From Actinomycetota bacterium (GTDB lineage: Bacteria; Actinomycetota; UBA4738; HRBIN12): a stretch of 64,000 nt of DNA. A program made the position numbers and the translations under genes. Location of the stretch: positions 5,410 through 69,409 of the forward strand of contig JBBRWM010000011.1 in the NCBI GenBank assembly GCA_038249195.1, read 5' to 3'. The notes beneath the pieces are model-generated. The model ran no database searches. It had not been told where the DNA came from and saw only the letters and a program-made list of their open reading frames with translations. Of this stretch, positions 17,224-25,583 are shown piece after piece. How positions within the stretch are numbered: the first letter of the stretch is position 1; every line of letters begins with the position of its first letter.

Positions 17224-18193
17224 CTACCCGAGCGGGGCGAGCAGAGATCCCTTCCCTTCGAACGCGAACAACAGGAGGTCGACCATCCGGAACGTAGTGG
17301 CATCCGGGCCGAGCGTCGGGTGCCACGTCGCGTCGCGCACGATCGACGTCTGGCTGCCTTCCATCGCCCGGTGGAAGGTCTCGGCGACGATCCGGGCGCC
17401 GACCCCCTTCAGCTTGCCTCCGTTGAGTTCGGCCTCGCGCAAGATGTAGAACCAAAGCGGCGTGTTCGTGACGATCGCGGTCCGCTGCTGGTCGGTGAGC
17501 CCCCCCGCGAGGCCCCGTTGTTCCCGTCCCGTACTTGCGCGTTGGTGAGCTTCGTCAGGGTGACGCCCCTGTGAAGCGGATGAAGGCGAGGTGCGTCTGG
17601 GCGACCGCGAGATTTCCGTCGTTGCGTGGCTCCGGGATGATCGCCTTGCGTTTCTGGGCGACCGTGGTCCCCTCCCCGCGGGGAAGGTCGAACCCTGCCT
17701 TCGCCGAGATCCCGCCCGATGCGACGGTCTTGCCCATCTTGAGGTGCAGTCCGTCGGCCTCGTAGAAGATGGCCGATCCGGGGTCCGCCGGCCCTGCGCC
17801 GTAGAGGGAATCCAGATCGAGGCTCGGCGAACGACCCTGCAACAGGTCGGCCGACGAGACGTTCTGACCGAGCATGACGTTGGTCTTGTCCGAGGTGAGG
17901 CCGTGGTCGGCGAATTGGCCGAGATACGTGAAGCCGGCCGGGCTCTGTGATTCCCCGCCCCCGGCCGTGACCATGGCGTTGCCGAGTTTCTTGCGATTGG
18001 CGTCGCTCAGTTGCCGATCGCTCCCTTTGGGTCCCATCCTCGTGAAGCGGAACGGCGGGTCCGCCGCAACGTCGGCGGCGAGGCTTCGCTCTCGGCCCCC
18101 CAGGCTTTCGGACAGGAGGCCCTCGCCGATGACGAAGTAACCCTCCGAGCCATGCCGTTCCACGTCGGCTCCCCCCGTGGGATCGAGAAACAC
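17224..18193 (-). pseudogene. Relic of an animal-haem-peroxidase-family gene (internal deletion plus frameshifts)
   Basis: The N-terminal 212 aa contain GFTYLGQFADHGLTSD, SLDLDSLYG and IIPEPRNDGNLAVAQTHLAFIRF, then a stop. The C-terminal block LTDQQRTAIVTNTPLWFYILREAELNGGKLKGVGARIVAETF..MVDLLLFAF follows only about 30 codons later in two other frames. One switch is at a G7 run. Confidence 0.55.
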
Positions 18194-18370
18194 GCCAGCG
18201 CGCCGCGGGCGGGCGCGGTGTCTGGTAACCGGCTATCAGCCGTGCGACCTACCGAACGTGGATCATGTTTTCCCCACAGCCCATCACGGACCTCTCGTCC
18301 CCCCGCCCGGGGGTGGACGCCTCGGCGGATCATGCGGTAGTGATGATGGGTCCGAGTGGGGGGGTCAGGT

Positions 18371-18766
18371 ATGAAGAAGATGTTCATCGCCACCGTGGTG
18401 TTGCTCACCGCACTGGCCGGCACGGCGTTCGCGGCCGCCGGCCCTATCACGAGGTTGGGGGTCGAACACAACGGCGTGGCGAACCCCGGCGGTTGTGACG
18501 TCGGCGCGGATGACGTGCATCCCACGGAGCTTCGGGTCGACTGCTCACCGAGGACGCATGCCACCGCGGGGGCTCGTGTCCGGTTCCGGTTCCTGAAGGA
18601 CGTGGGTGTCCTCGTTGGTCCGGCTACCGTCAAGGCCGATATCCATCAGATCTGGGGCAAGGCGTGTGAGTTCAGCTGGCGGGGACCGGTCCGCACGTTG
18701 CGCGTGGACGTGCCGTTGGGCAGCTACTGTCACATCCGTTCGGCGACCCTCGTGTCGCAACCGTAG
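18371..18766 (+). CDS. Small secreted hypothetical protein
   Basis: The signal peptide MKKMFIATVVLLTALAGTAFAAA is followed by a Cys-containing mature part. Confidence 0.6.
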   Translation: MKKMFIATVVLLTALAGTAFAAAGPITRLGVEHNGVANPGGCDVGADDVHPTELRVDCSPRTHATAGARVRFRFLKDVGVLVGPATVKADIHQIWGKACEFSWRGPVRTLRVDVPLGSYCHIRSATLVSQP

Positions 18767-18795
18767 ATCGACGCCGGGTCGGGGCCCACGTTGCG

Positions 18796-18824
18796 GAGAG
18801 CCGCGCGGGAGCCTCGCGGCTCTC
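18796..18824. terminator. Hairpin between convergent genes (10-bp stem)
   Basis: GAGAGCCGCG-cgggagcct-CGCGGCTCTC lies directly after the 18766 stop and touches the stop of the minus-strand gene. Confidence 0.4.
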
Positions 18825-19560
18825 ACGGCCTCGAGGGGCTCGGGAGGCCCTCGAGGACGGCGCCGCTGGGGAACCGTCGGGAGTCTCCGCCGCGGAAGAC
18901 GGTGACGCCGCCGGCGCCGAGGACCTCCCAGTGCTGCTCGCGCTCGATCGCGGCGGTGCGTTCGTCGATGCCCACGAGCACGACGTCGGGAGCCGGAGAG
19001 GCGGCGAGGGCGGGTCGGACCCAGCGTTGACCGAACGTGTCGAAGTGGGGGATCACCGCGACGCCCGGGACCAGTCCGAGCGCCGGCTTGAACCGACGCC
19101 GATCGTCACCGGGGTGGCGGTCGCGGATGAGCGTCCAGCCGCCCATCGCCATCGCCCCGGCCGACGAGCCGGCCAGCGCTGCGCCCCCGGCCCAGGAGGC
19201 CACGACCGCCTCCCACACCGGCGAACCCGAGAGAACGTCCGGCACGATGCCTGGATCGCCGCCCACGAGGTAGAAGAAGCGGCCTGCCCGCGCCTTCTCC
19301 ACGTTCGCGGGATCCTTGACTGCGCCCCGGGTCGTGGCCGGAAGCTGGTCCACCGCCAACCCCAGCTCCCGGAACCAGCTGCGGGCGTTGGCCACCGCCC
19401 GGTCGGGACCGTGGCGGGCGGCCGCGGTCGCGAGGATGTACGCGGCGCCACCTCGAGCCGCGTCCACCAGAACCCGGTCCTGCGGTTCATTGCCGGGGTT
19501 GAGCTCGTCGCCGCCCACGAGCGCGAGCGGTCCGGGTCCTCCACGATCGACGTCTGTCAT
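18823..19560 (-). CDS. Peptidase S51 / cyanophycinase-like (type 1 glutamine-amidotransferase-like fold) protein
   Basis: LALVGGDE, FYLVGGDP and the GSSAGAMAMG nucleophile-elbow-like motif. Confidence 0.6.
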   Translation of the reverse strand: MTDVDRGGPGPLALVGGDELNPGNEPQDRVLVDAARGGAAYILATAAARHGPDRAVANARSWFRELGLAVDQLPATTRGAVKDPANVEKARAGRFFYLVGGDPGIVPDVLSGSPVWEAVVASWAGGAALAGSSAGAMAMGGWTLIRDRHPGDDRRRFKPALGLVPGVAVIPHFDTFGQRWVRPALAASPAPDVVLVGIDERTAAIEREQHWEVLGAGGVTVFRGGDSRRFPSGAVLEGLPSPSRP

Positions 19561-19668
19561 GGTTCCAGGATGGCAGGCGGGCGTCCTCGCGACGCGCGAC
19601 GGGGCGGGCCGTTCCTCGCCCCAGCCCGTTTACGTCGGCCGGGCAGGGGGTACGAACTCGACGATCGG

Positions 19669-19887
19669 CTAGCTCGCCGACCGCAGCGCGGGGTCTTCGA
19701 GCGGCACGTAGATCTGCGAGACGGAACCAAGCGTGAACCCGCCACAGCGACATTCGGAGTACAGGCACCGGCGGTCGCCGTGATCTCCGTGCACGAACTC
19801 CGTGTGCTCGCACATCGTGCAGTAGACGCGGCGCGCATCCGAGGGGCGGGGCCGCAGGGTTCGTTGAGGATCGTCGACGGTCTCCAT
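19669..19887 (-). CDS. Small Cys/His-rich hypothetical protein (zinc-ribbon-like)
   Basis: METVDDP..VYCTMCEHTEFVHGDHGDRRCLYSECRCGG.. The start was chosen at the internal ATG. The upstream part of the track ORF is not protein-like. Confidence 0.4.
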   Translation of the reverse strand: METVDDPQRTLRPRPSDARRVYCTMCEHTEFVHGDHGDRRCLYSECRCGGFTLGSVSQIYVPLEDPALRSAS

Positions 19888-20065
19888 GGGTCTGGACCGT
19901 AGGGCATCTGGGGGGGAGCCCGCATCGGCCGAACGGCCATGTCCTCGTCGGTCCTTCGGCGGCGTCCGCTGATGAGACGCCGCGCCGATCGGCCTCAAAT
20001 GGGTGCCCGAGCCCATGGCGCCCCTACCGGTGGATCGGCGTCGGGATACGACGGTGCCAGCGGAC

Positions 20066-20875
20066 CTAGGCAGGGATCGGGGGCGTCCAGACGAATGGTG
20101 TGGTCGTGGTCACCGCGACGAACCCGAGTCGTTCGAGGATCGGCCGGCTGTCGGCCGAGGCGTCCACCTGGAGATAGCGGAAGCCTCTGTCCGCGGCCAG
20201 ATTCGCACGGTAGGCCACCATCGCGCGGTAGATGCCGCGGCCGCGCCACTGCGCCAGGGTGCCTCCCCCCCAGAGCGTCGCAAACCCCGTTCCCGAGACG
20301 AACCGCACCCAGCCGGCACCGGTGACCTCCGCGCCGGCCTCGGCGACCACGATCGTAATGGCGCCGGGATCGACGGAGCGTTCACCCTCGAGGCTCTCGG
20401 CGAGCCAGCTCTCGCGACCGTCCCGCCAGATCGCCTCCTCCATGGCGCCGATGCGATCGAGATCCGCGCGCTCCTGGACCTCTCGCAGCGTCACCTGCGG
20501 GGGCAGGATCACGTCACCGGTGACGGCGGCCACCGGCGCGATCACCACCGTCTCGCGATCCTCGGGCACGAATCCCGCCGCCATCAGGCGCTCCGCGAGG
20601 TCGGTCGGCCGGTCGTGCTCGTGCAACTTCCATTCGAACGGTTCGCGGCGCGCCGCGAAGATGCGCACCTGGCGGGCGATCAGCTCGTCGAGGTCGGCTC
20701 CGTCGAGTCCTGCCAGATCGCGATAGCCGACGAAGCCCCCGCCTGCGAAGCCAACGAAGCGCAGGAGGGGTCCGTCGCGCTCGACCTCGACGCCTCGCGG
20801 CAGTCGATCCGGCACAAGCTCGCGCAGTTCGGCGTCGTAACGGGCGAGCAGTTCGGCTGCGAGGCGGTGCGGCAC
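20066..20875 (-). CDS. GNAT family N-acetyltransferase
   Basis: The C-terminal GNAT core ..GAGWVRFVSGTGFATLWGGGTLAQWRGRGIYRAMVAYRANLAADRGFRYLQVDAS. The GTG start at 20875 is inferred. Confidence 0.7.
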   Translation of the reverse strand: MPHRLAAELLARYDAELRELVPDRLPRGVEVERDGPLLRFVGFAGGGFVGYRDLAGLDGADLDELIARQVRIFAARREPFEWKLHEHDRPTDLAERLMAAGFVPEDRETVVIAPVAAVTGDVILPPQVTLREVQERADLDRIGAMEEAIWRDGRESWLAESLEGERSVDPGAITIVVAEAGAEVTGAGWVRFVSGTGFATLWGGGTLAQWRGRGIYRAMVAYRANLAADRGFRYLQVDASADSRPILERLGFVAVTTTTPFVWTPPIPA

Positions 20876-20892
20876 GCGCCAGACTGTACGAG

Positions 20893-21759
20893 GTGGATGC
20901 TGGAGGGAGCCTCGCGCGATCGCGCCGATGGGTCGTCGCGTCGACGCTCGGGATCCTCGTGCCCGTCGCCCTCCTGGTTGGTTGCAGCGCGGCCGCCTCG
21001 CCGGACCCGGTCGCCCGCCCGATGGCCTCGTCTGCGGGCTCGACGCCGCCTCCTGGGGTCGGCGCCTGGCATCCGTCTTGGGTTCCGAGCTCGATGCCGT
21101 CCGAGCGCGGTCATCACGAACCCCCGCCACCGCCACCCCAGCACGCCGACCATGCCGGGATCCCCGTCGCCGACGTGCCCCGGCACGCGCTCACACCCGG
21201 GGCGAGGTTTCGCGTCGCCCCCGCGCAGATCTGCACGCCCGGCTACGCCTCGTCCGTCCGCGAGGTGTCCGACGCGTTGAAGGCGCGGGTCTACGAGCGC
21301 TATCACGTGGCGTGGGTCCCGTATCGGCACGAGGTCGATCACCTGATCTCCCTCGAGCTCGGCGGATCGAACGCCGTGGGGAACCTCTGGCCCGAGCCGT
21401 ACGCGGGTCGGTGGGGCGCCCGCACCAAGGATCTCCTGGAGAACCGACTGCACGACCTGGTCTGCTCGGGGCAGCTCTCCCTGCGCGCGGCGCAGCATCA
21501 GGAGGCGGGGGACTGGGTGGCGGCCTACCGCCGCTACGTTGGTGGAGCGCCGGGCGCGTCCGGGCAGGGCGCCTCGGGCGGTTCCGGCAACCCGAGCCCG
21601 GGTGGGTACTACGCCTCGCGGTATGCGAGCGCCACCACGATCTACTGCGCCGACGACCCGGCGTGGCGCACGTTGTCGAAGACCTATCTCGTGCATCTCT
21701 CCACCTGGGCCGTGGCGCGCCGCCGGTTCCCGTCCTACCACCTGCATCGGCCCTGCTGA
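20893..21759 (+). CDS. Lipoprotein with an HNH-nuclease-like domain
   Basis: Lipobox LLVGC after a basic/hydrophobic leader, a Pro-rich linker, and the HNH-like core YRHEVDHLISLELGGSNAVGNLWPEP. Confidence 0.7.
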   Translation: MDAGGSLARSRRWVVASTLGILVPVALLVGCSAAASPDPVARPMASSAGSTPPPGVGAWHPSWVPSSMPSERGHHEPPPPPPQHADHAGIPVADVPRHALTPGARFRVAPAQICTPGYASSVREVSDALKARVYERYHVAWVPYRHEVDHLISLELGGSNAVGNLWPEPYAGRWGARTKDLLENRLHDLVCSGQLSLRAAQHQEAGDWVAAYRRYVGGAPGASGQGASGGSGNPSPGGYYASRYASATTIYCADDPAWRTLSKTYLVHLSTWAVARRRFPSYHLHRPC

Positions 21760-21774
21760 CGAGCCACGATGGGG

Positions 21775-22632
21775 TCAGTCCGCCAGGCGCTCCTCGAGGA
21801 GCTCCACGATCGGCCACGCTCCCTCCGACGTGTTTGAGATCACCGTGAAGGTGCTCGTGGTGGCCGGATCGTGCATGCTGCGGAACGAGACGCCCGCGTC
21901 GTAGCCCTCCAACATCACGACGTCGGTCGACGAATGCAGCCAGAACCCGAGGCCGTAGCGCTTCTCTTCCCTCGGCACGGCGCTCCGCGGTCGCACCATC
22001 TCGCGCACCCACCCGTCCGAGACGATCCGGCCGGCGAACAGCGCATCCCAGAAGGCGCGGATGTCCGCGACGGTGGAGTAGATGCCGCCGTCCCCGCCGC
22101 CGCGCACCCCCAGGTGGAAGACGTTCGTCCGGGGCGCATCGACGGCGAGGTACCCGAGGGCCGCGCCGCCCGGCAGCTCGTCGGAGCGCAGGAACTACGT
22201 GTCGCCCATCCCCGCCGGCTCGCACACGCGGCGTCGCACGAGCTCGTGGAACGGCTCTCCGCTCGTGCGTTCGGCGATCAAGGCGAGCACGACGTAGCCG
22301 CCGTTGCAGTAGGTGAACCGTTCGCCCGGCGGGAACACCTGCGCGTGCTCGCCGAGCACCCCGAGGTACCCCTCGGTCGTCGCGAGCTCCTGCACGGGAA
22401 CCGGCATCACGTAGTCGGTGATGTCCTCGTACGCCTCCTCGTCGAAGTAGTCGCCGATCCCCGACCGGTGCGCGAGGAGCTGTTCGATCGTCGCGTGGTC
22501 GTCGATGAGGGGAAGATCCTCGCCGAGCACGGATCGCGCCGTGGTCGCCAGATCGAGTGAGCCATCCTCGATCAGGCTCATCACGGCGAGCGCCGTCAAG
22601 CCCTTGGTGCCGCTCGCGATGCCGACCCTACG
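21775..22632 (-). pseudogene. Beta-lactamase-related serine hydrolase relic (5'-truncated, with an in-frame TAG)
   Basis: The frame opens 4 codons before the S-x-x-K motif (RRVGIASGTKGLTALAV) immediately after the stop of the upstream methyltransferase. An in-frame TAG at 22195-22197 (..AGMGDT*FLRSDELPG..) splits it into track ORFs 22195..22599 and 21775..22107. Confidence 0.65.
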
Positions 22633-23700
22633 CTAGGGGCGCAGCAGGTACAGGCGGAACGCGTCGTGGTCGATCGGGAGCACGTCGAAGCGCGTGAATC
22701 CCCCCGCCTCGGCGTAGCCGCGTAGCGTCTCGGGGCGCATCACGGTGCCGGTTCCTGCGGAGGGTCTGGCCGCCATCCCCGACGGCAGGCAGTCGAACAC
22801 GCTCCAGCCGTAGAAGTAGGACTCGAGATCGTGTTGGGCACCGTCGAAGGCGTCGCGGGTCCGTTCGTCCACGACGAGCATCGCGCCGTCATCGGCGAGG
22901 GCCCGCCGCGCCGCGCCCAGCACGGACACGGGATCGCTCATGTCGTGCACGCACTCGAACGCCATCGCGATATCGGCGGGGCCCTCGATCGATGATGCGT
23001 CCACTGCGTGGAACCGCACGCGGTCCTCGAGGCCCATCTCGGCCGCGTGCATCCTCGCGCGCTCCACCGAGAGCAGGTCCGAGTCGAACCCGTCGACCTG
23101 CGCATGTGGATACGCGCGCGCGACCGCGATGGAGGACCAGCCCTGCCCGCAACCGACGTCGATGACGCGTGCCGGGGCGGAGCGAAGCCGGGCATGGATC
23201 GGCTCGATGGCGGGCAGCCATTCGCCGGGCAGGGTCGTGAGCAGCACGGGCCGGTTGGCGTCGCCTTGCCCGTCGATGTTCTCCTCGCCGAAGGCCTCGT
23301 AGGGCAGTCCTCCTCCGTGACGGAAGGCCTCGATGACGTGATCGACCACGCCGCGGAGGCTGGCGAGCTGCTTGATCGAGGCGCCGGCGTAGGCGAGCGA
23401 GTCGCGGTCCAGCAACACCTCCGCGTGGCGCGCCGACAGGGAGAACGTGTGCGGCGTCCCGCGGGTATCGGCCTCGAGCAGTCCGTTCGTCGCCTGCTGC
23501 TCCAACCACTCGCGCGCATACCGCTCGTCGATCCCGGCCCGTGAGGCGAGCTCCTCGGAGCTCAGCCCCTCGTTGTCCCGGAGCTCGTCATACAGACCCA
23601 GCCGGAGCCCGACGTACATCGAGAGGATCCGGAAGTAGCCCAGGGAGGACTCGAAGACCAGATCGGCGGCGTCGGGGCGCGTATCCGCGGGGTCGGTCAT
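22633..23700 (-). CDS. Class I SAM-dependent methyltransferase with an N-terminal winged-helix/dimerisation domain
   Basis: VIDVGCGQGWSS (motif I), DGFDSD, and AMAFECVHDM. 355 aa. Confidence 0.85.
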   Translation of the reverse strand: MTDPADTRPDAADLVFESSLGYFRILSMYVGLRLGLYDELRDNEGLSSEELASRAGIDERYAREWLEQQATNGLLEADTRGTPHTFSLSARHAEVLLDRDSLAYAGASIKQLASLRGVVDHVIEAFRHGGGLPYEAFGEENIDGQGDANRPVLLTTLPGEWLPAIEPIHARLRSAPARVIDVGCGQGWSSIAVARAYPHAQVDGFDSDLLSVERARMHAAEMGLEDRVRFHAVDASSIEGPADIAMAFECVHDMSDPVSVLGAARRALADDGAMLVVDERTRDAFDGAQHDLESYFYGWSVFDCLPSGMAARPSAGTGTVMRPETLRGYAEAGGFTRFDVLPIDHDAFRLYLLRP

Positions 23701-23825
23701 GCGTCGACCCTACCCGTGCCGGGGTCGCGCTGGAAAGCTCGGCCGGGGCTTCCCGGCCTATCCTGTCTCCCGTCGGCGCCCGGCAGGCGGGCACAGCCCG
23801 CCAAGGAGAACGAAGGAGCCATCGC

Positions 23826-24782
23826 GTGACGCACTTCGGATTGCAGCTGCCGAGTTTCACCTTCGCCGACGTCTCCGACGACACGCTCTTCGAGCGGATC
23901 ACCGAGATCGCCCTCGCGGCCGAGGAGGCCGGGTTCGATTCGTTCTGGGTGATGGATCACTACCACCAGATCGCCAACATCGGGCCGACGAACGATCCCA
24001 TGCTCGAGGCGTACACGCTGCTTGGCGGGGTCGCCGCCCGAACGTCGCGGATCCAGCTCGGCGCGATGGTCACCGGCGTCACGTATCGCAATCCCGCGTT
24101 CCTCGCGAAGGTCGTTACGACCTTGGACGTGATCTCCTCGGGCCGCGCGATCCTGGGGATCGGCGCCGCGTGGAACGAAGAGGAGTCACGCGCCTATGGC
24201 TATCCCTGGCCGTCGGCGGGTGAGCGGTTCGAGCGCCTGGAGGACGCGCTGCGGATCTGCCGGTCCATGTTCACCCAGCGCGAGTCGACGGTCCAAGGAT
24301 CCGTGCACCACGTGGAGGGCGCGATGAACGTCCCGCAGCCGGTCCGGCCGGGCGGTCCCGCCATCCTGATCGGCGGCGGCGGGGAGAAGAAGACGCTTCG
24401 ACTCACGGCGCGCTACGCGGACATGTGGAACGGGTTCGGCGACCCGGGGACGATCCACCACAAACTCGAGGTGCTCGCGGAGCATTGCGAGGCCGAGGGT
24501 CGGGATCGATCCGAGATCATTGCCACGCGGCTGGGGACGCTGATCGTCGGCGACACCGCCGAGGAGGCGGATCGCCGCTGAAGGGCGTGGCAACGCGACC
24601 GCGGGGTCGATGACGACGGCCTGGCCATGCGCCTCGTCTGGGGCGACCGCGACGCCGTCGGCGAACAGGCGCAGTCGTTCCTCGACGCGGGCCTCCAGGG
24701 TCTCGTCTTCAATATGCCCGCGGGCTCGACCGTGGACGATGTGCACCGTGCCGGGGAGGCACTCGCCGGGTTGCGCACCTGA
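23826..24782 (+). pseudogene. LLM-class F420-dependent oxidoreductase interrupted by an in-frame TGA
   Basis: GTG 23826 follows GAAGGAG. FGLQLPSF.., FDSFWVMDHY, and ILGIGAAWNEEE are present. TGA at 24579-24581 is followed in the same frame by RAWQRDRGVDDDGLAMRLVWGDRDAVGEQAQSFLDAGLQGLVFNMPAG.., the expected family C-terminus, ending at TGA 24780-24782. Confidence 0.7.
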
Positions 24783-24950
24783 TCGCTCACCGCACGACGC
24801 GATACGTGAGGTGGGTGACCCCATGTTCCTGCCCATGATGGTCGCCCCGATGTTCTCGGATGCGCCCGCGAGGACCTCGTTGGACGCGTTGACCTCGCCA
24901 CCGCCCTGACCGTGGGACGAGCGCCACGCCTCAAGCCCGAAGATCCATCC

Positions 24951-25487
24951 CTATCCTTCGATCGCGTCCTCGTTCGACCCGATGGCTCCCGTCTCGATCG
25001 ACCGTGCGAGCCGGTCGAGGAAGGGAGCCTGCGCAGCCTTGATCTTGCGGTGGGCCCTCTCCAGCTTGAACCACGCCACGCGATCGATCTCGGGGAACAC
25101 CTCGATCCTGCCGGAGCCAGGCGGCCATGGCATCTCGAACGTGTTGCTCACCGCCGCCGCAGGATCCACGTCTCCTTGCAGCGCCCACGCCACCACGACC
25201 TTTCCGGACTTCTGACGGATGTCGCCGAGTTCGAAGAGGGAGGCCTCGGGGGCGATCGGGTGGCCCGTCTCCTCCGCGAACTCACGGCGAGCCACGGCCT
25301 CGAGCTCCTCGCCCGGCTCTGATTCCCCCTTGAGCACCGTCCAGTCGCCGTCGTCCTTGCGCGCGAAGTAGGGGCCGCCGGGGTGACCCAGCAGCACCTC
25401 CAGGCCCGCTTCCCGAGCGCGCCACATCAAGATGCCGGCGCTGCGTCTGCCCGTCTTGTTCACTTTCGGCTTGCGAGGGTGCGCCAT
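24951..25487 (-). CDS. NUDIX hydrolase
   Basis: LLGHPGGPYF..WTVLKGESEPGEELEAVARREFAEETG is the Nudix box. Start at ATG 25487. Confidence 0.8.
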   Translation of the reverse strand: MAHPRKPKVNKTGRRSAGILMWRAREAGLEVLLGHPGGPYFARKDDGDWTVLKGESEPGEELEAVARREFAEETGHPIAPEASLFELGDIRQKSGKVVVAWALQGDVDPAAAVSNTFEMPWPPGSGRIEVFPEIDRVAWFKLERAHRKIKAAQAPFLDRLARSIETGAIGSNEDAIEG

Positions 25488-25583
25488 CGCGTGATGATGG
25501 CATCCACGCGGACCGGTGGCGACCGCCGACGGCGCCCGGATCCAACGACACCCGTGCCGCGGCCGGCTCGCTACGCTGGCGAC

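Noticed and set aside
22600-22640. The methyltransferase and the beta-lactamase-like fragment are in the same frame, separated only by a TAG, so they might be a read-through fusion protein.
   Set aside because: Sharing a frame has a one-in-three chance expectation. The downstream fragment lacks its own N-terminal region and has a second stop. The two families are not known as fusions.
24579-24581. Reading the in-frame TGA as selenocysteine, and the in-frame TAGs at 13756 and 22195 as pyrrolysine or reassigned sense codons.
   Set aside because: Neighbouring genes clearly terminate at TGA and TAG. No Sec or Pyl machinery is present in the window. The affected families are not known selenoproteins. 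I cannot evaluate a SECIS element by eye. Nonsense mutation is the simpler explanation.
24790-24934. A minus-strand protein-like snippet (..GGGEVNASNEVLAGASENIGATIMG..) between the LLM gene and the NUDIX gene, as a possible further gene fragment.
   Set aside because: It is too short to assign, has no start or SD, and I cannot link it to a family from memory.
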